In this document: positions 25,121-38,146 of the stretch, piece by piece
Numbering within the stretch: position 1 is the first letter of the stretch
Layout: every line of letters starts with the position of its first letter
NCBI RefSeq assembly: GCF_026210795.1
Contig: NC_089436.1
Location: 930,001-994,000 of the forward strand
DNA: 64,000 nucleotides
From: Rhizophagus irregularis
Taxonomy: Eukaryota
Reading direction: 5' to 3'
Made by a program: the position numbers and the translations under genes
The notes under the pieces: model-generated
The model's database searches: none
Told to the model about the DNA's origin: nothing
The model's input: the letters and a program-made list of their open reading frames with translations, nothing else

Positions 25121-26932
25121 AACATCTTTCATAAATATAAATATTTTAATTTAGTGATTATATTACATTATTGTCAAATTTTCATATCGTATTATTGTAA
25201 ATATTTACATAAAGTCATATACATATTATTAATTATTTGAATTTTTCTAAATTAATTTCGTTTCATAATTAAAATTTTAAAATTCAATATCAAATGTTTC
25301 AACACTTAAAAAAATTCTATTTAGAACGTTATCAATCTCATATTCAAATATACTTTTTCGTACAAGAATATTGTTGCTTGTTTAATTATAATTAAAAATT
25401 AATTAACCAAGACATCCACCTGGTAATGGTTCCGTTCCGATTGGTATTTGGTTTAAGTAATATGATAATAAACATTGCAAAGCGCCAAAAAGATTAAACA
25501 AAGACAGAGACGCATGTTAGAATTGCACATAAGGTATTGATAATACATTTTTAGGTTAGTAGTTCTTTCAAATTTTTTTAATGACCATATATGTTTTATT
25601 ATTCCCTTGATGTGGTATAACAATAGATATATGGGGTTATGCATGTGAAAAAAAACTACCCAAATGGAGATCACAATATTTTGACATAGTTCAAGCAATA
25701 TTTTGGTAAATATCAATCACGAAGTTCCTGTAAATTTCCCGATTCGTTCAGATCTATTTTGGAATTTGAACCAATAATTATTTGTACATGTGCAATTGTG
25801 CATGAATGAACGACAAAGAAGCGTATAAAATTAACATTTTTCCATCCACGTGATCTTAATTAATTGGTTCTCTCCGTTCTCTAATGTCACACACTTTTAC
25901 AATTCTTAATGCCGGCTGAATGTCATAATTCTGGCCAAGGGGGGAATTACATGACACGCATAGAATCTCATGATGAATTCAGCCTGCATTATGATGATTT
26001 TGGCCGGAATTATATTAAATCATATGATCAGTTTTACGTAAAAATTTTTGAATTAATTGTCCCAAGAATTTTTTAATAAAAACATATAAATATATATACA
26101 ACAATTAATTCTTTGGGACACGTCTAATTAAATGTTATCCTGGACACGGATATCTAGTTGATCAGTGATCACTATATAAAATAAAGACTTTTGTGTATTT
26201 GTGTATTTGTCAGCTTGACGAAACTTTTTTTTTCTTCTTCCTGACTCTCTTGATTTGGAGGGAATATCACTAATTGTAATGTAACTATAAATATTAGTAA
26301 AAACCGAACATGAATGTATTAAGATGTATTATAATAATAAATTGTAACTATTTAATTAAACTATAACTACTATAGCTAATAATACTGGTTACATGGTTTA
26401 TAAACGGCAAAAAATACTATATACTAGATGCCCATTATTGGCCAGGTGGTAATATTAATTATTCATCATAACAAAAATTGGAATAATTTTTCTTTGATTA
26501 CATAAGAACATTCAATTATGTGGATTTTATTGAAGTCTAATTAAATCTTTGATAATTTCAAATAAATTGCTCCTAAAAATAATATATATTAATGGATATT
26601 TTAAACAAAAGCATTATTTTCTAAATTATTTAGATCGAAATTTTATTGTACAAAATTTAAATAAAGCTTTGGTGTTGCAACATTATGGAATCATAAAAAA
26701 TCAACTTTGAATTACATGCTGCCTTGATTTTGCGAAACCTAATAATAATGGTGCCAAAAATTTGATTGTTGACATTTCTTTGACAGCGTAATTACATGTA
26801 TATACGTACTATTTATTACTAAATTTTCTCTGTTTAATAAAGATAGATTGATCAGCAAAATGGCAAATATTAATTTTTAAAATAAACTCTTAGAAATTTT
26901 TAAATCGTTATAGAAGAGATTTTTGTGAAATT

Positions 26933-29900
26933 AATGAAATATTTATTATATTTACCAATCACTTTAATTTCTATTATGCGACATGACGTTAGTTTTAATG
27001 CAATAGTTGTCAAAAAAGTTATCTCCGTATTTATTCATGAAAAAAAAAGTTATCCCCGTAAAATCACCTAATTTTTTTAATTATAACATGCTAATTAATC
27101 TTGTTTATCGTTCCTTTCGCAAATAAACATTTGCATTTAATTAATTAAAATAAAGAATTTTTTTTCTTTGCATGTGTAAGTTCACGTGAACTTCATAAGA
27201 ATCTTTTGACGTAAGTTTAAAGTTAGTAACACGAAATAATACAACTTAAAAAAAAATTTCATGATAATTTAGCATTATACCATCACCATTATTAATCGTG
27301 AATTTTTTTTCTTTTTTATTTTGGGAACAAGTAAAACGCGTGATTAGAGGTTACAATAAACCGGTTTAGAACCGGGTATCGTTTAAAACCAACCGGATAA
27401 AGATTTACGACTAGAAATATTAATAAGTTTTATTCATAAATATTTCCAAGTTTATATTACCAACCAATTAGTTAAGTTCACGTGAACTTCATAACGTAAG
27501 TTGATAGATTATTTTAAAGTTAGTAACACAAAAATAATACAATTTATATAATTTTTAAGCACTTACCCTATTGAAATGCATGCTGATCATATTAATATAT
27601 GATTTAAATCCTACAAATGTCGTTTTAATAGTTCACAACTTAAAAAAAATTTCGATAATGTTTTTTATTGAAAACAACAAAAGTATTTATATACCATTAC
27701 CATTACCACTATTATTTAAACGACAACCTTCGGAACAAAATTTAGAAATTTTATCGATCTTTGTTACTCCCGTGTGATCAACAAAACAACAGTGTGATTG
27801 ATTTAATTAAACTTGCATGTGTCACTTAACCATGAAAAGGCTTAAAAAACATATAAAAGTAGCTAAAAATTATCCATTAAGCTCAGAGCTGAACTCCTCT
27901 ATCCTCTCCTATTAAAAAAAAAAAATTAAACATTTTTGTTAATTGTAAGTTTTTCCGATAAAATCAAACAAGTTTGTGTTTAAGAAATTAAAAATGGTTG
28001 GTTTGTATTTTCATTTTGCGTAATGGAATCACTTCACGCGCAAAGCGTAATTGATTTGACCTCATATATTTAAACGATATATGTAGGTTAAGTCCGTACT
28101 TTTGCTGCTCTCGCCAAAACGTTATAGCTAATTCCACTCCACGTGTTGATATTTACTGGTGACACACTATAGTTATTGGGTAAGGGCTGAGATCCTTTCC
28201 CATTTCCTTTCCCTTCGTCCCTTTCCTTCATATTTCCAACATGAATGCCACTTTCCATATAAAAAAAATTTTGAAACTTAATTTTTTTTGCTTCGCGTCG
28301 TGATAATTCCAAAATATTGATCTACCATCTAATGATCTACATGATTTTTAAGTTCAATATACAGTAAATATACAATAAGAGTGTGAAGTTGTTTGGCGGA
28401 CGCAAATTGATTATTAACACAAACAAATTTTTTAGAGTATACTTGAGTAACTTACTAAATTATTTTTTGTTTTTAGAATATTTAAACATGTCTTCTCGAC
28501 AAGATGAGGATCCAGATTATATGGATTTTATTGAGAATGAGTCAAAGACAAAGTCGAATATTGACTTTGGAAAATGTTTAGATTGTGGGAAGGAACGAAG
28601 TAGCGTTGGATGGTGTAAAGATTGTGAAATTAATGCTCTAAAAGATAATTTTAAAAACTGGACGAGTGGAAATATTAATATGGATAATTTTATTAAACAC
28701 ACACAGTTGCACGCGAATGAATGTGTGGATTACTTGGAATATGTTAATTTCGACCAATTTGATCTCATGGAAGACACAAATAAAGGAGGCGCATTTAGCA
28801 CAATTTTTTCAGCAGTTTGGATGGAAGGTCCTAGATGGGTATGGGATGAAGAAGCTGAAAAATGGACACGTAATGGACCTGTAAAAGTTGCTCTTAAGAG
28901 ACTTAACAATTCACAAAATATTAGTGAAGAATATTTTAAACAAGTAATATATAGTTTTAAAGTGTTTTATTTATCATTGAATATTTGAATTTTATGAGTT
29001 TATTTTAATTTACATAATTTTTTATAGCTTTATGAATCTCATCGAAGCTTACAAAGCGGAAATACTGCAGATTGTTATGGAATTACAAAGGATCCTACCT
29101 CGAATTACATGTTCGTTATGAGATATTATGAGAATGGAGATTTGCATTCATATCTTGATAAAGTACAAGGAATGCTGTATTGGAGAGATATTGTAGATAT
29201 GCTTTGGGGGATATCGGGTGGGATTGAAAATATTCACGAAAATGGATTAATTCATGGGTATCTTCATGGAGGTAATTTATTGGTTGAAAATGAACTAGGC
29301 TCAGTCAATGATATATGTATCGCGGATGTAGGATTACATGGTCCAATCGATAAAAAAGATACTAATAAAATATATGGAGTTCTTCCTTATGTTGCTCCTG
29401 AAGTCTTGAACGGAAATCTACCAACGATGGCTTCGGATATTTATAGTTTTGGAATTATTATGTGGACTCTTTCTGCGAGTACTCGTCCATGGTGCGATAG
29501 ACCGCATGATCTCAGATTAGCTAGTGAAATTTGCTTTGGTCTTCGCCCTGAAATTATTGATGGAACTCCAAAAGTTTATATTCAATTAATGACACAATGT
29601 TGGCATCCTGATCCTACAAAACGTCCTACTGCATCTAAATTGTCTGAATTATTAGGAAGTTGGACAATTGCTACTTGTGATGACCCAGAACCATCTGAAT
29701 TATCTGACCAATTTAATATTGCTGAAGAGAAAAAATTCTCAGATTTAGAGCAAAATAAATTTCAACAACAAAAAATCCATCCCCAAGCTTTTTATACGAG
29801 CAGACTCTTGTATTTTCCTGAATTAATTAACATTTCGTCATAATGACGATCTGAAATTCCTTGCAAAAAGAAAAATCTAATTCGATTATATTCAAACTTT

Positions 29901-30145
29901 TTCGTTTCCTTCTTTATGAATATATAATGTTATGATAAAAATTTTATTTTATGATATAATATATAAAAAGATTATAATATGTATATAGATTATTACCGTT
30001 TCAAAAAGGATTATAGAATATTTTCGTTTCTTTTAATGTTTCACTCATAAAAATATTCATAGATGTTCATTAATTATAGGTAATTCGTAGGACTTCAATC
30101 GTATCTTTAAAATTTGAATCAATATATGAGATTTTTTAAACCCAC
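26933..30145 (+). repeat. Right arm of the inverted segmental duplication
   Basis: See left arm. This arm has an internal duplication of the AAGTTCACGTGAACTTCATAA block (~27178 and ~27474). Confidence 0.85.
28488..29843 (+). CDS. TKL protein kinase homologue, probable pseudokinase (423 aa), paralogue of 18358-19748
   Basis: Exons 28488-28943 and 29028-29843, same intron position as the paralogue. Catalytic loop HGYLHGGN. A 2-nt deletion shortens the C-terminus. Confidence 0.92.
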
Positions 30146-30908
30146 GTTATTTTTTAAGCTTTATTCTATTTATTTTAATATTTTTTTTTTTAATATAAAA
30201 AAATTTCATTAAGCCAACTTTTTCTATTTTTTTAATTATAACCTCAAGATGTAACTTATGAATAAAAGATAAGTTAAATTTAAATATTTAAATATACTGT
30301 ATGTAAATTTTCGTGAAGAATCATATTACTTAATGAATAAAAAGAATAATTTTAGCAAATCTAAAATTTCTTTTTTTTCAATAAGTTAACCAATATTAAT
30401 TTTATTTTTTTTTTTAACGTACACATTAACCTTATATAAATTACAAAATAAATATTAATTTTAGAGAATATCAAAATATTACCACTGGTGATTATCACCA
30501 GTCTAATTTTTTGAATTTATAAGATTAATATTAAATTTAAAAAGCTGTTTCTCAGATAATTTTATAATTTTTAGAAAAATGCCAAAATTTTGATTTTACT
30601 TTTTAAGTTTTTTTTGACAAAAATTTCAAAATCTTGTTATAGTTAACATTAAATCAATATTTGTTAATATATTTATTGATTAGTTTTTTTTAACTTTAGC
30701 CAAAATTATAAACCAGTATTTAAGATTACTGGTAGTGATAATTACTACTGGTTGTATTAGCATAAAATATAAATTACCATATATCATGTGTCATAGCATT
30801 CCTATATATCTTTATAGAAAAAAATATTCAGATGTAATAGAAAATATACTAAATTTTAAATAACTCAAAGATGAGCTATTTCAAAATCTGGTATGTTTTC
30901 TGTTTATA

Positions 30909-31080
30909 CAGTCAACTCTTGTTATAACGAACCCTAGGTTCCAGACCCCAACTTTGCTATAAGGCTATAGTGAAGATTTTAAGAGATTTGATTGGTTAAT
31001 TCGTTATAGCAAGGGGAAATTTATTATAGTTGTCTGAAAAATTCGCTATATCAAGGGTTCGCTATATTAAGGTTTGACTG
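30909..31080 (+). mobile_element. pogo/Tigger-like MITE, copy 1 (172 bp)
   Basis: CAGTCAA...TTGACTG termini with TA on both sides; near-identical to 44609 and 45819. Confidence 0.9.
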
Positions 31081-33709
31081 TACTTAGATATTTTCTGTAT
31101 ATACAGTATCTAGATGTTTTTTGTATATACTATATATACATACTTAAATATTTTGGTTATATTTATACATTTTCTGGATTTTTTTTTTATAGAAATATAT
31201 AATACTTCTTAAAAAAAGAAGTCATATTTTTATTATTTAAATAATCCAACAAATAACTTAAGTATGACATGTAACAATACTTTAATTATTTTATAAGTTT
31301 TAAACATCTTTATTAATAATAAAATTTGTATAATAAAGGAGTATAAGGCTAAACCTTTGAAATTTGCAAGATGTGACTTGCAGTATATAGTACATATTAT
31401 AATACAATACTATTTTATATATAAATAGATACTGTATTTATTAAATTTAAAAATTTTTTATTTATTAAATTAATTATAAAATGTTATTACTGAAAGCATT
31501 TTAATAATTATTAAATTTTAATAAACATTTATATACTGTATAATAATTTTATAATATCTAGTTAGTAAATTTTTATTATTTAATATATATTTATATTATA
31601 TAAAATATTTCAAATTTATTAATTATATTTATATAAATTAATAAATTAATAATTATTATATATTTTATCAGTTAGTTTCTGTTGCTTTACTTTTAATTTT
31701 TAGTAATAATTTTTTTATATAATACTGAAAATCTATACTTAAAAATCTAATTATAATACTTATTACCATTTTCAATTTAATTAAAACTGCAACTTGTCAA
31801 TTAATTATAATAAAAAGACTAAAAATTTATAATTTTGTGAAACTGTACTAATAAAGTATTATATTTCACATATGAATATATAAAATATTTTGATTGAAAA
31901 ATTACAAAAAAAACTCTTTTCTGTAAATCTCACATCCAAATCATTTCCCAAAAATAATTTTGCAAAAGAGTGATTTTATCACTGAACTACATAAGAAACA
32001 CACATTTTTGCTTGCAAAAATAGAACTTTTGACTTTTAATCTACAATATTCAGAAAAACCTGGGGTTTTTTAAGGAAATATTGGCTTTTTTTTTTGTTTT
32101 GCTAATTGTAGTAATAGTATTAGACTAACTACATCTAGTTACTGAACAGAAGGGCTTAGGTCACTTATACGGACGAGTTAACCAAAGAAATACATCAAAA
32201 CATACATATTAACAATAGTTAATAATAACTTTCACAACTTTTAGTATACAAATTTTTCAACTTTCCTTCATTTTTCGTGCTGGATTAACCCAAAATGATT
32301 GACATGAAAAAGAGATTATCCATCAATATTACACATCTAGGGTTAAAAACCCAAATAGATGACTGGTGCAAATGTATTATACAGTACTCACAAAGGCACG
32401 TCATACACCTTACTGGACTTTAACTCTTTAAAGAAAAATAACACGCAGTTTATACAAGTATTTACTAATAATAAAAGGATTATAGAGAGATATAAATCTC
32501 CATCCCGGGATCACCTCAGTAAAACCTAGTTCGTGATTATGAAATTAGTAGTGACAGGAAAATGCAAATATTAAATTTCGTATATTCAAATATCTAACTG
32601 CGGTAATGTTAGTATTATTATTATCTAAAGGGACAAGAACTAAATACTTTAATAGAATTAGATTTTTATTACTGGAAAAATATCAATCAATCTATTTGTA
32701 ATCGGTTATCATCTGAATTGCCCAGAAATAATGAAACAACCACCTATATACGTTTTTCAGTTAAACAGTCTACCTGATATTTTGGATTTCATTTGCCATA
32801 TAATATATGTTTGCAGTTATGTGCTATAGTTTTATCAAGAGACAGAAAAGTATGTGGGAGACATAAAAAGGAGGCTATAGAAAAACTACCTAAGGTTCCG
32901 TTAGAGAAAGCAATTTTTAAAGAAAAAACTCATTAGTTAATGAAACAGATTTTTTCAGCTTAAAGTGGAATTAGTTATATGAAACAACTAGCCTTTGAAG
33001 GCAGAAAATCATATGAACGTCCTAGTTCTAAGTGTAAGAAACTGGTAAAATACTGAGTGATCTACTGATATTATCATAAAACAGACTTAACTCTTGATAC
33101 TAAAAAAGCAGAGTTACTCGCACTGGTCGAAATAGTCCAAATCAGCTAAAAATCGGATGTCCAATTTTAGGCTGAATTTGGTGATAAAGATGGCCGAATT
33201 ATCAATTCAAAAAAAGTTCCGATTGGCAGGCCGATCAATGCCGATCAGAATGTCAGAATTGTATCTGAATTGTTTAGTAATTTTTGATCTGAATTGTTTA
33301 AAAAACATTTTCCGATCAAGATAAATTTTGTCTGAATTATAGCAATTTTAGTTTGAATTTTATCTGAATTACGGCAAATTTAGATTGAATGTAGATAATT
33401 TTAGTTTGAATTTTGTCTGAATTATGGCAAATTTTAGATGATTTTTTTCGAATTTTGTCTGAATTTTAGATTGAATGTAGATGATTTTTCCAAATTTAGT
33501 TTTAATTTTATTCAATTTTATTAGACATTTTAAATTACATTGTTATTAAAAATTACATTTAATATATATTCTTTAATTAATATGTCTACCTTTCTAATCT
33601 AAAACACACCTATGCTATATTAATACCTATAATAAATCATTCTAAACTCGCTATTTTTAACCTAGTAAAGAATAAAAAACAAAAAGAATTAATAAAAAAT
33701 TAAGCAAAA

Positions 33710-35510
33710 AACTCACCAACAATTTACATTTCGAAACTCACCTTTAAATTACTTCTATAGCTCCTATACCGAAATCTTGCGTGCCAAATATTCGCCATAT
33801 TTTCATTAATATATCCAAATATACTCTCGTTAATAGACACGAAGGCTGGTCGCCTAAAAAAAGAGTAAAATGAAACGTTAGTAAAAAACGCTTCGTTAAA
33901 TGAATTAATTGAAAGTAATAACTAGTAAAAAATATTCCTCACCAAACTTCCGATGAGTTGTCCAAATATCGAAGAACTGGCTGTTTATAAATAGAAAAAA
34001 AATGATACATTAGAAACGTTTCATTAAGAAAATTATTTATTCAAAAAAACTCTATTCGGTGTTCTGAATAAAAAAAAAACAAGAAAAATGAACGTTATCT
34101 AACGTTCATTATAAAAAAAATTAAAATATTCGAAGTTTTACCTTCGAAATTCTATCTGAAAGAACCGAAAACCTACAAAAAACCAAATGAAATGTTAGTA
34201 ACGTTTCGTATTAAATAAAAACAATATTTTCGAAGTTACCTTCAAATAGAGTCCGGAACCCGTATCTTCCTTCGCGTTCTGGACTTACAAAAAAATAAGA
34301 ACGAATATTAGTCAAATAAACACAAATAAACAAAAAAAAAACTTTTTTTCAAAGTTTCACCTTCAAAATACCGCCCAGGAAGCCGAAAACCTAAAAAAAA
34401 GAAAACCGAAATGTTGGTCAACGTTTCGTTCAAATAAAATAACAAAAAAAAAATTAGAATTTCGAAGAGGTACCTTCAAAATTCTATCCAGATATCCGAA
34501 AACCCTAAAAAAAAAGAAAATCGAAACGTTAGTCAACGTTTCGTTCAAATAAAAAAAGAAAAATGCAGAATTTCGAAGAAATACCTTCGAAATTCCATCC
34601 AGACATACGAAAACCAGAAAGCTAAAAACCTAAAATAAAAGAAAATCGAAACGTTAGTCAACGTTTCGTTCAAATAAAAAAAGAATAAAAAATTGGAATT
34701 TTGAAGAGTACCTTCGAAATTCCATCCAGATATACGGAAACCAGAGAGCAAAACCTAAAAAAAAAGAAAATAATCGAAACGTTAGTCAACGTTTCGCTAA
34801 AATAAAACAAAAAAAAATAAATATCTATGATTGAAGTCACCTTCGAAATGGAGTCTGAACCCATACCTTTGGCGTTCTGGACCTACAAAAAAATAAGAAA
34901 AATGAACGTTAGAGAACGTTCGTTAAAAAAAAAGATTTTTTTTTTCTGAAGTTTACCTTCAAAATGGGACCATTCTGTACCTATAAAAACAAGAAAATGA
35001 ACGTTAGCTAATGTTTGTTAAATAAAACTAAAAAAAAAATTCAAAGGTTTATACCTTCAAAATGGAGTTCAGCGGCGTCCTGGGCCTGCAAAGAAAAAAA
35101 ATAACGTTAGTTACCTAACGTTCCGCATTAAATAAAATAAAAATTCTTCGGGGCTTTACCCTCCTTCCAAGTCTCCAGAAGGTTCCTAAAAGTGAAAAGA
35201 AATTGGAATGTTTAATAGTAATAGTATCTACTAACATTCATAACTTAAAAAAAAAAACTTCTCTCTTTATTTACCTTCTGAGAAGTTTTATCAATTACGA
35301 AGCGTCTTGAGAGTCTACAATAAAAAAAAAGAAAGTGAAACGTTAATAAATGTATACTAACGTTCCAATTTAAAAAATAATCCCTTCTCTCTAATACCTT
35401 CTAAGTGCCGTTTCGTTAGTTCTGAGGTTGTCCTAAATGAATTTTTCCACCATCCGCATGAGGATCAGAATGTGAAATGGTGTCTGGAAGGTCCCTACAA
35501 AATAAAAAAA
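33710..35510 (-). repeat. Tandem ~110-130-bp repeats, each shaped like a micro-exon plus spliceosomal intron
   Basis: Minus-strand unit: TTTTTAG|GTTTTCGG..GAATTTCGAAG|GT(A/G) ... ACTAAC ... T-rich..AG. Roughly a dozen copies. Confidence 0.65.
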
Positions 35511-36859
35511 GATTGGAATTTTTTTTTATAAAAAAAAGATGGATATCCGATGATCCATCTGATCAATAAAAAAAGAGCTGGTTTTCGGAAATACCGGCAT
35601 ATCAATCTATCGTTAAAAATTAGGCGTTTTTTTTGCATTTATTAAAATATTTTGCAGAAAAAACATTCCGGTATTTTGCCGATTGCTCCAATTGCTTGTT
35701 CATACAATTTCCTTTTTCATTTTGAATAATTTTTTACTCGCTTAACTCCAAACCTCCTCCATTTGAATTAGCTGATTTGAAAGCTAAAGAGAAACAATTC
35801 TGATCTAATAATAAATAAGGAAAAATATCATTAAATTGAAATGCCAGAAATAAAAAAAATTATTATTACCGGCATACCAATATCCATCCACAAAATGGGT
35901 CATTAAATCAGAACATTAGAACCTGCAAATAATAAAAAAAGATATTTTTTTGATACCAGCATACCGATATCATGTACAAATAAAGAATATTTTTATTAAA
36001 TCGGAATGCCGGAACCTACAAATGATATAAAAAAATAAAAAAAAATATTTTTTTATTATTTTCATTTCATTACAGTAAATCAGAATGCTTGGAATAAAAA
36101 AAACTTTTGTTTTCTTCAACACCAGCATACTGATATTTATTAAATCGGAAAAAATTGAGATTCTTTTATCAATTCCCAATTTGAACCATAGAGCAATAAA
36201 AGAGAAATATTTTGTTTTAAGAAAAAAAAAGGTTAAAAGGTTTAATATTTATCCAAAAGAAGCAAAAAAAAAGTAATCTTGAAGCTAAAATTATACTTTT
36301 AATACAATACGCGTCGCGTCTTATTATAATTGATCAGCAAATAGTAATTATTATAATAGTTTAATTTTGATTGATACCCAATTGAAATATGAGCAAATTT
36401 CTAATAAATCAAAGTAAGAAAGTACAATTCAATCATAAATAACATATATCAAATAATATGAAAAGATTCGACCATAAATCATTCAATGTCAAATATATCT
36501 TATTTCAACTAGTATGCCACAAATCGGAAGTGCCAATTTGTAATTTTAGCCAATATTGAGCAAATTTTAGGCTGATTTGCCATTTTTTTTTTTGATTTTA
36601 ACTAGCCTCAATCAGCCGTCAATCAAATATGATGAATTTTTATCAAATTTTTATCAAATTTTTATTGAATTATCAATTTTCCATAAATCTGAAGTACATA
36701 TTTGAATATTGGGCAAATTTTAGGTTGATTTGCGCATTTTGTCTGATTTTTTTTTTGATTTCAACTAGCATCAATCAGCCATCAATCAAATATGATGATT
36801 TTTTGCCAAATTTTTATTAAATTTTTATTGAATTGTCAATTTTCCATAAATCTGAAGTA

Positions 36860-38146
36860 CAGTCGGGTCCGAAAGTGACGCCCGATTTTGTACGGTGTTA
36901 CGATACACAAAATTTACATTATTTATACCCCTTTTTTTTATTTTTAAATGTTTTCTCACAATTTCATAACCTAATAAACGCGTTGCAAAGTTAAAAAAAT
37001 AATGTCACATAGAACTGAGTTAACTTCTCAAGATAAAGGAAAAATACTAGCATATATGGAGAATTTTAACCCTGCACAAATAGCAAGAAAAATGGGTCGT
37101 GACCCCACCACAATAAGAAGAATTATTGACAGATACAAGAAGACAGGGAAAACTGAAAATTTACTTAGATCGGGGTGTCCACCTGCTCTCAATAATAATG
37201 AGAAAAATGCACTCATAAACAAAGTTACACAAGATCGACGCGAACCTTTACATGAAGTCATTAATACATTAGATTTAAATTGCAGCCTTACAACTGCTAA
37301 AAGAGCATTACATAGTGTTGAAATTTATTCCCATGTTGCTGCAAAAAAACCCTTTATCTCAGAAAAGCATGCATTAGCTCGTATTAGTTGGTGTGAGAAA
37401 TATAAAGAAAAAACAGCTTATGATTGGGCACAAGTTATTTTCTCAGATGAATCAAGTGTTGAGATTGGCAAGCAGTCACGACAAATAAGAGTTTGGAGAC
37501 ACACAGGGGAAAGGTTTAACACTGAATGCTTGACACCTATCTTTAAAAGTGGTCGAAAATCAGTCGTGGTTTGGGGATGTTTTGCAGGAGGGATAAAAGG
37601 GCCATTAATTTTTTGTGATGAAAATAAAGAAGGAAATGAAAAAATCAATTCAAATACTTACATTAGAATCCTAAATTCATATCTGTATCCATTTCAGCAT
37701 ACAGTTCATGAGTTAACAGGAAGGGCTGCAATTTTTCAACAGGATAATGCACCCATACATACCGCGAAAATAACCAAGGATTGGTTGAAGAAGAATAAAA
37801 TTGTGGTTATTGATTGGCCGGCAAATTCTCCCGATCTAAATCCAATAGAAAACATCTGGAAGCAGTTAACGGACAATATCCAGAGTTGTAAAGTCTTTCC
37901 AAGAACTGTGGATGAACTTAAAGTTGCACTAAGTGAAGAATGGGAAAATTTGGATTGCTCCATTTTTGAAGAGGTTGTTGCTTCAATGCCACAAAGAATA
38001 AATGCAATACTAGAAGCAAGGGGAGGGCCAACACATTATTAACCATTTTTAGTAATTATTTTTTATGTGAATTTTAATGAAAATCAATAAAGTTTTGCCA
38101 TTTTTGGCATTAATTTTAAATCGGGCGTCACTTTCGGACGTGACTG
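36860..38146 (+). mobile_element. Tc1-family DNA transposon (1287 bp)
   Basis: 29-bp TIR CAGTC..GTCCGAAAGTGACGCCCGATTT (2 mismatches), TA TSD. The empty site equals the surrounding repeat unit. Confidence 0.97.
37002..38042 (+). CDS. Tc1 transposase, DD34E, uninterrupted (346 aa)
   Basis: N-terminal HTH, FSDES, VWGCF, QQDNAPIH, SPDLNPIENIW; 34 residues between the second D and E. Confidence 0.96.
   Translation: MSHRTELTSQDKGKILAYMENFNPAQIARKMGRDPTTIRRIIDRYKKTGKTENLLRSGCPPALNNNEKNALINKVTQDRREPLHEVINTLDLNCSLTTAKRALHSVEIYSHVAAKKPFISEKHALARISWCEKYKEKTAYDWAQVIFSDESSVEIGKQSRQIRVWRHTGERFNTECLTPIFKSGRKSVVVWGCFAGGIKGPLIFCDENKEGNEKINSNTYIRILNSYLYPFQHTVHELTGRAAIFQQDNAPIHTAKITKDWLKKNKIVVIDWPANSPDLNPIENIWKQLTDNIQSCKVFPRTVDELKVALSEEWENLDCSIFEEVVASMPQRINAILEARGGPTHY

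Noticed and set aside
25700..26160. Possible Helitron (GGCCGGAATTAT blocks, ends ATCTAGT)
   Set aside because: The 3' hairpin and 5' TC end could not be fixed convincingly.
32087..32200. T-tract first read as the poly(A) tail of a minus-strand LINE
   Set aside because: It lies inside plus-strand unit 2A, whose ORF homology and TSD define the opposite orientation.
34363..34864. Short ORFs and a CRISPR-like look in the repeat array
   Set aside because: ORFs are translations of T-rich tandem repeats. There are no unique spacers or cas genes, and the context is eukaryotic.
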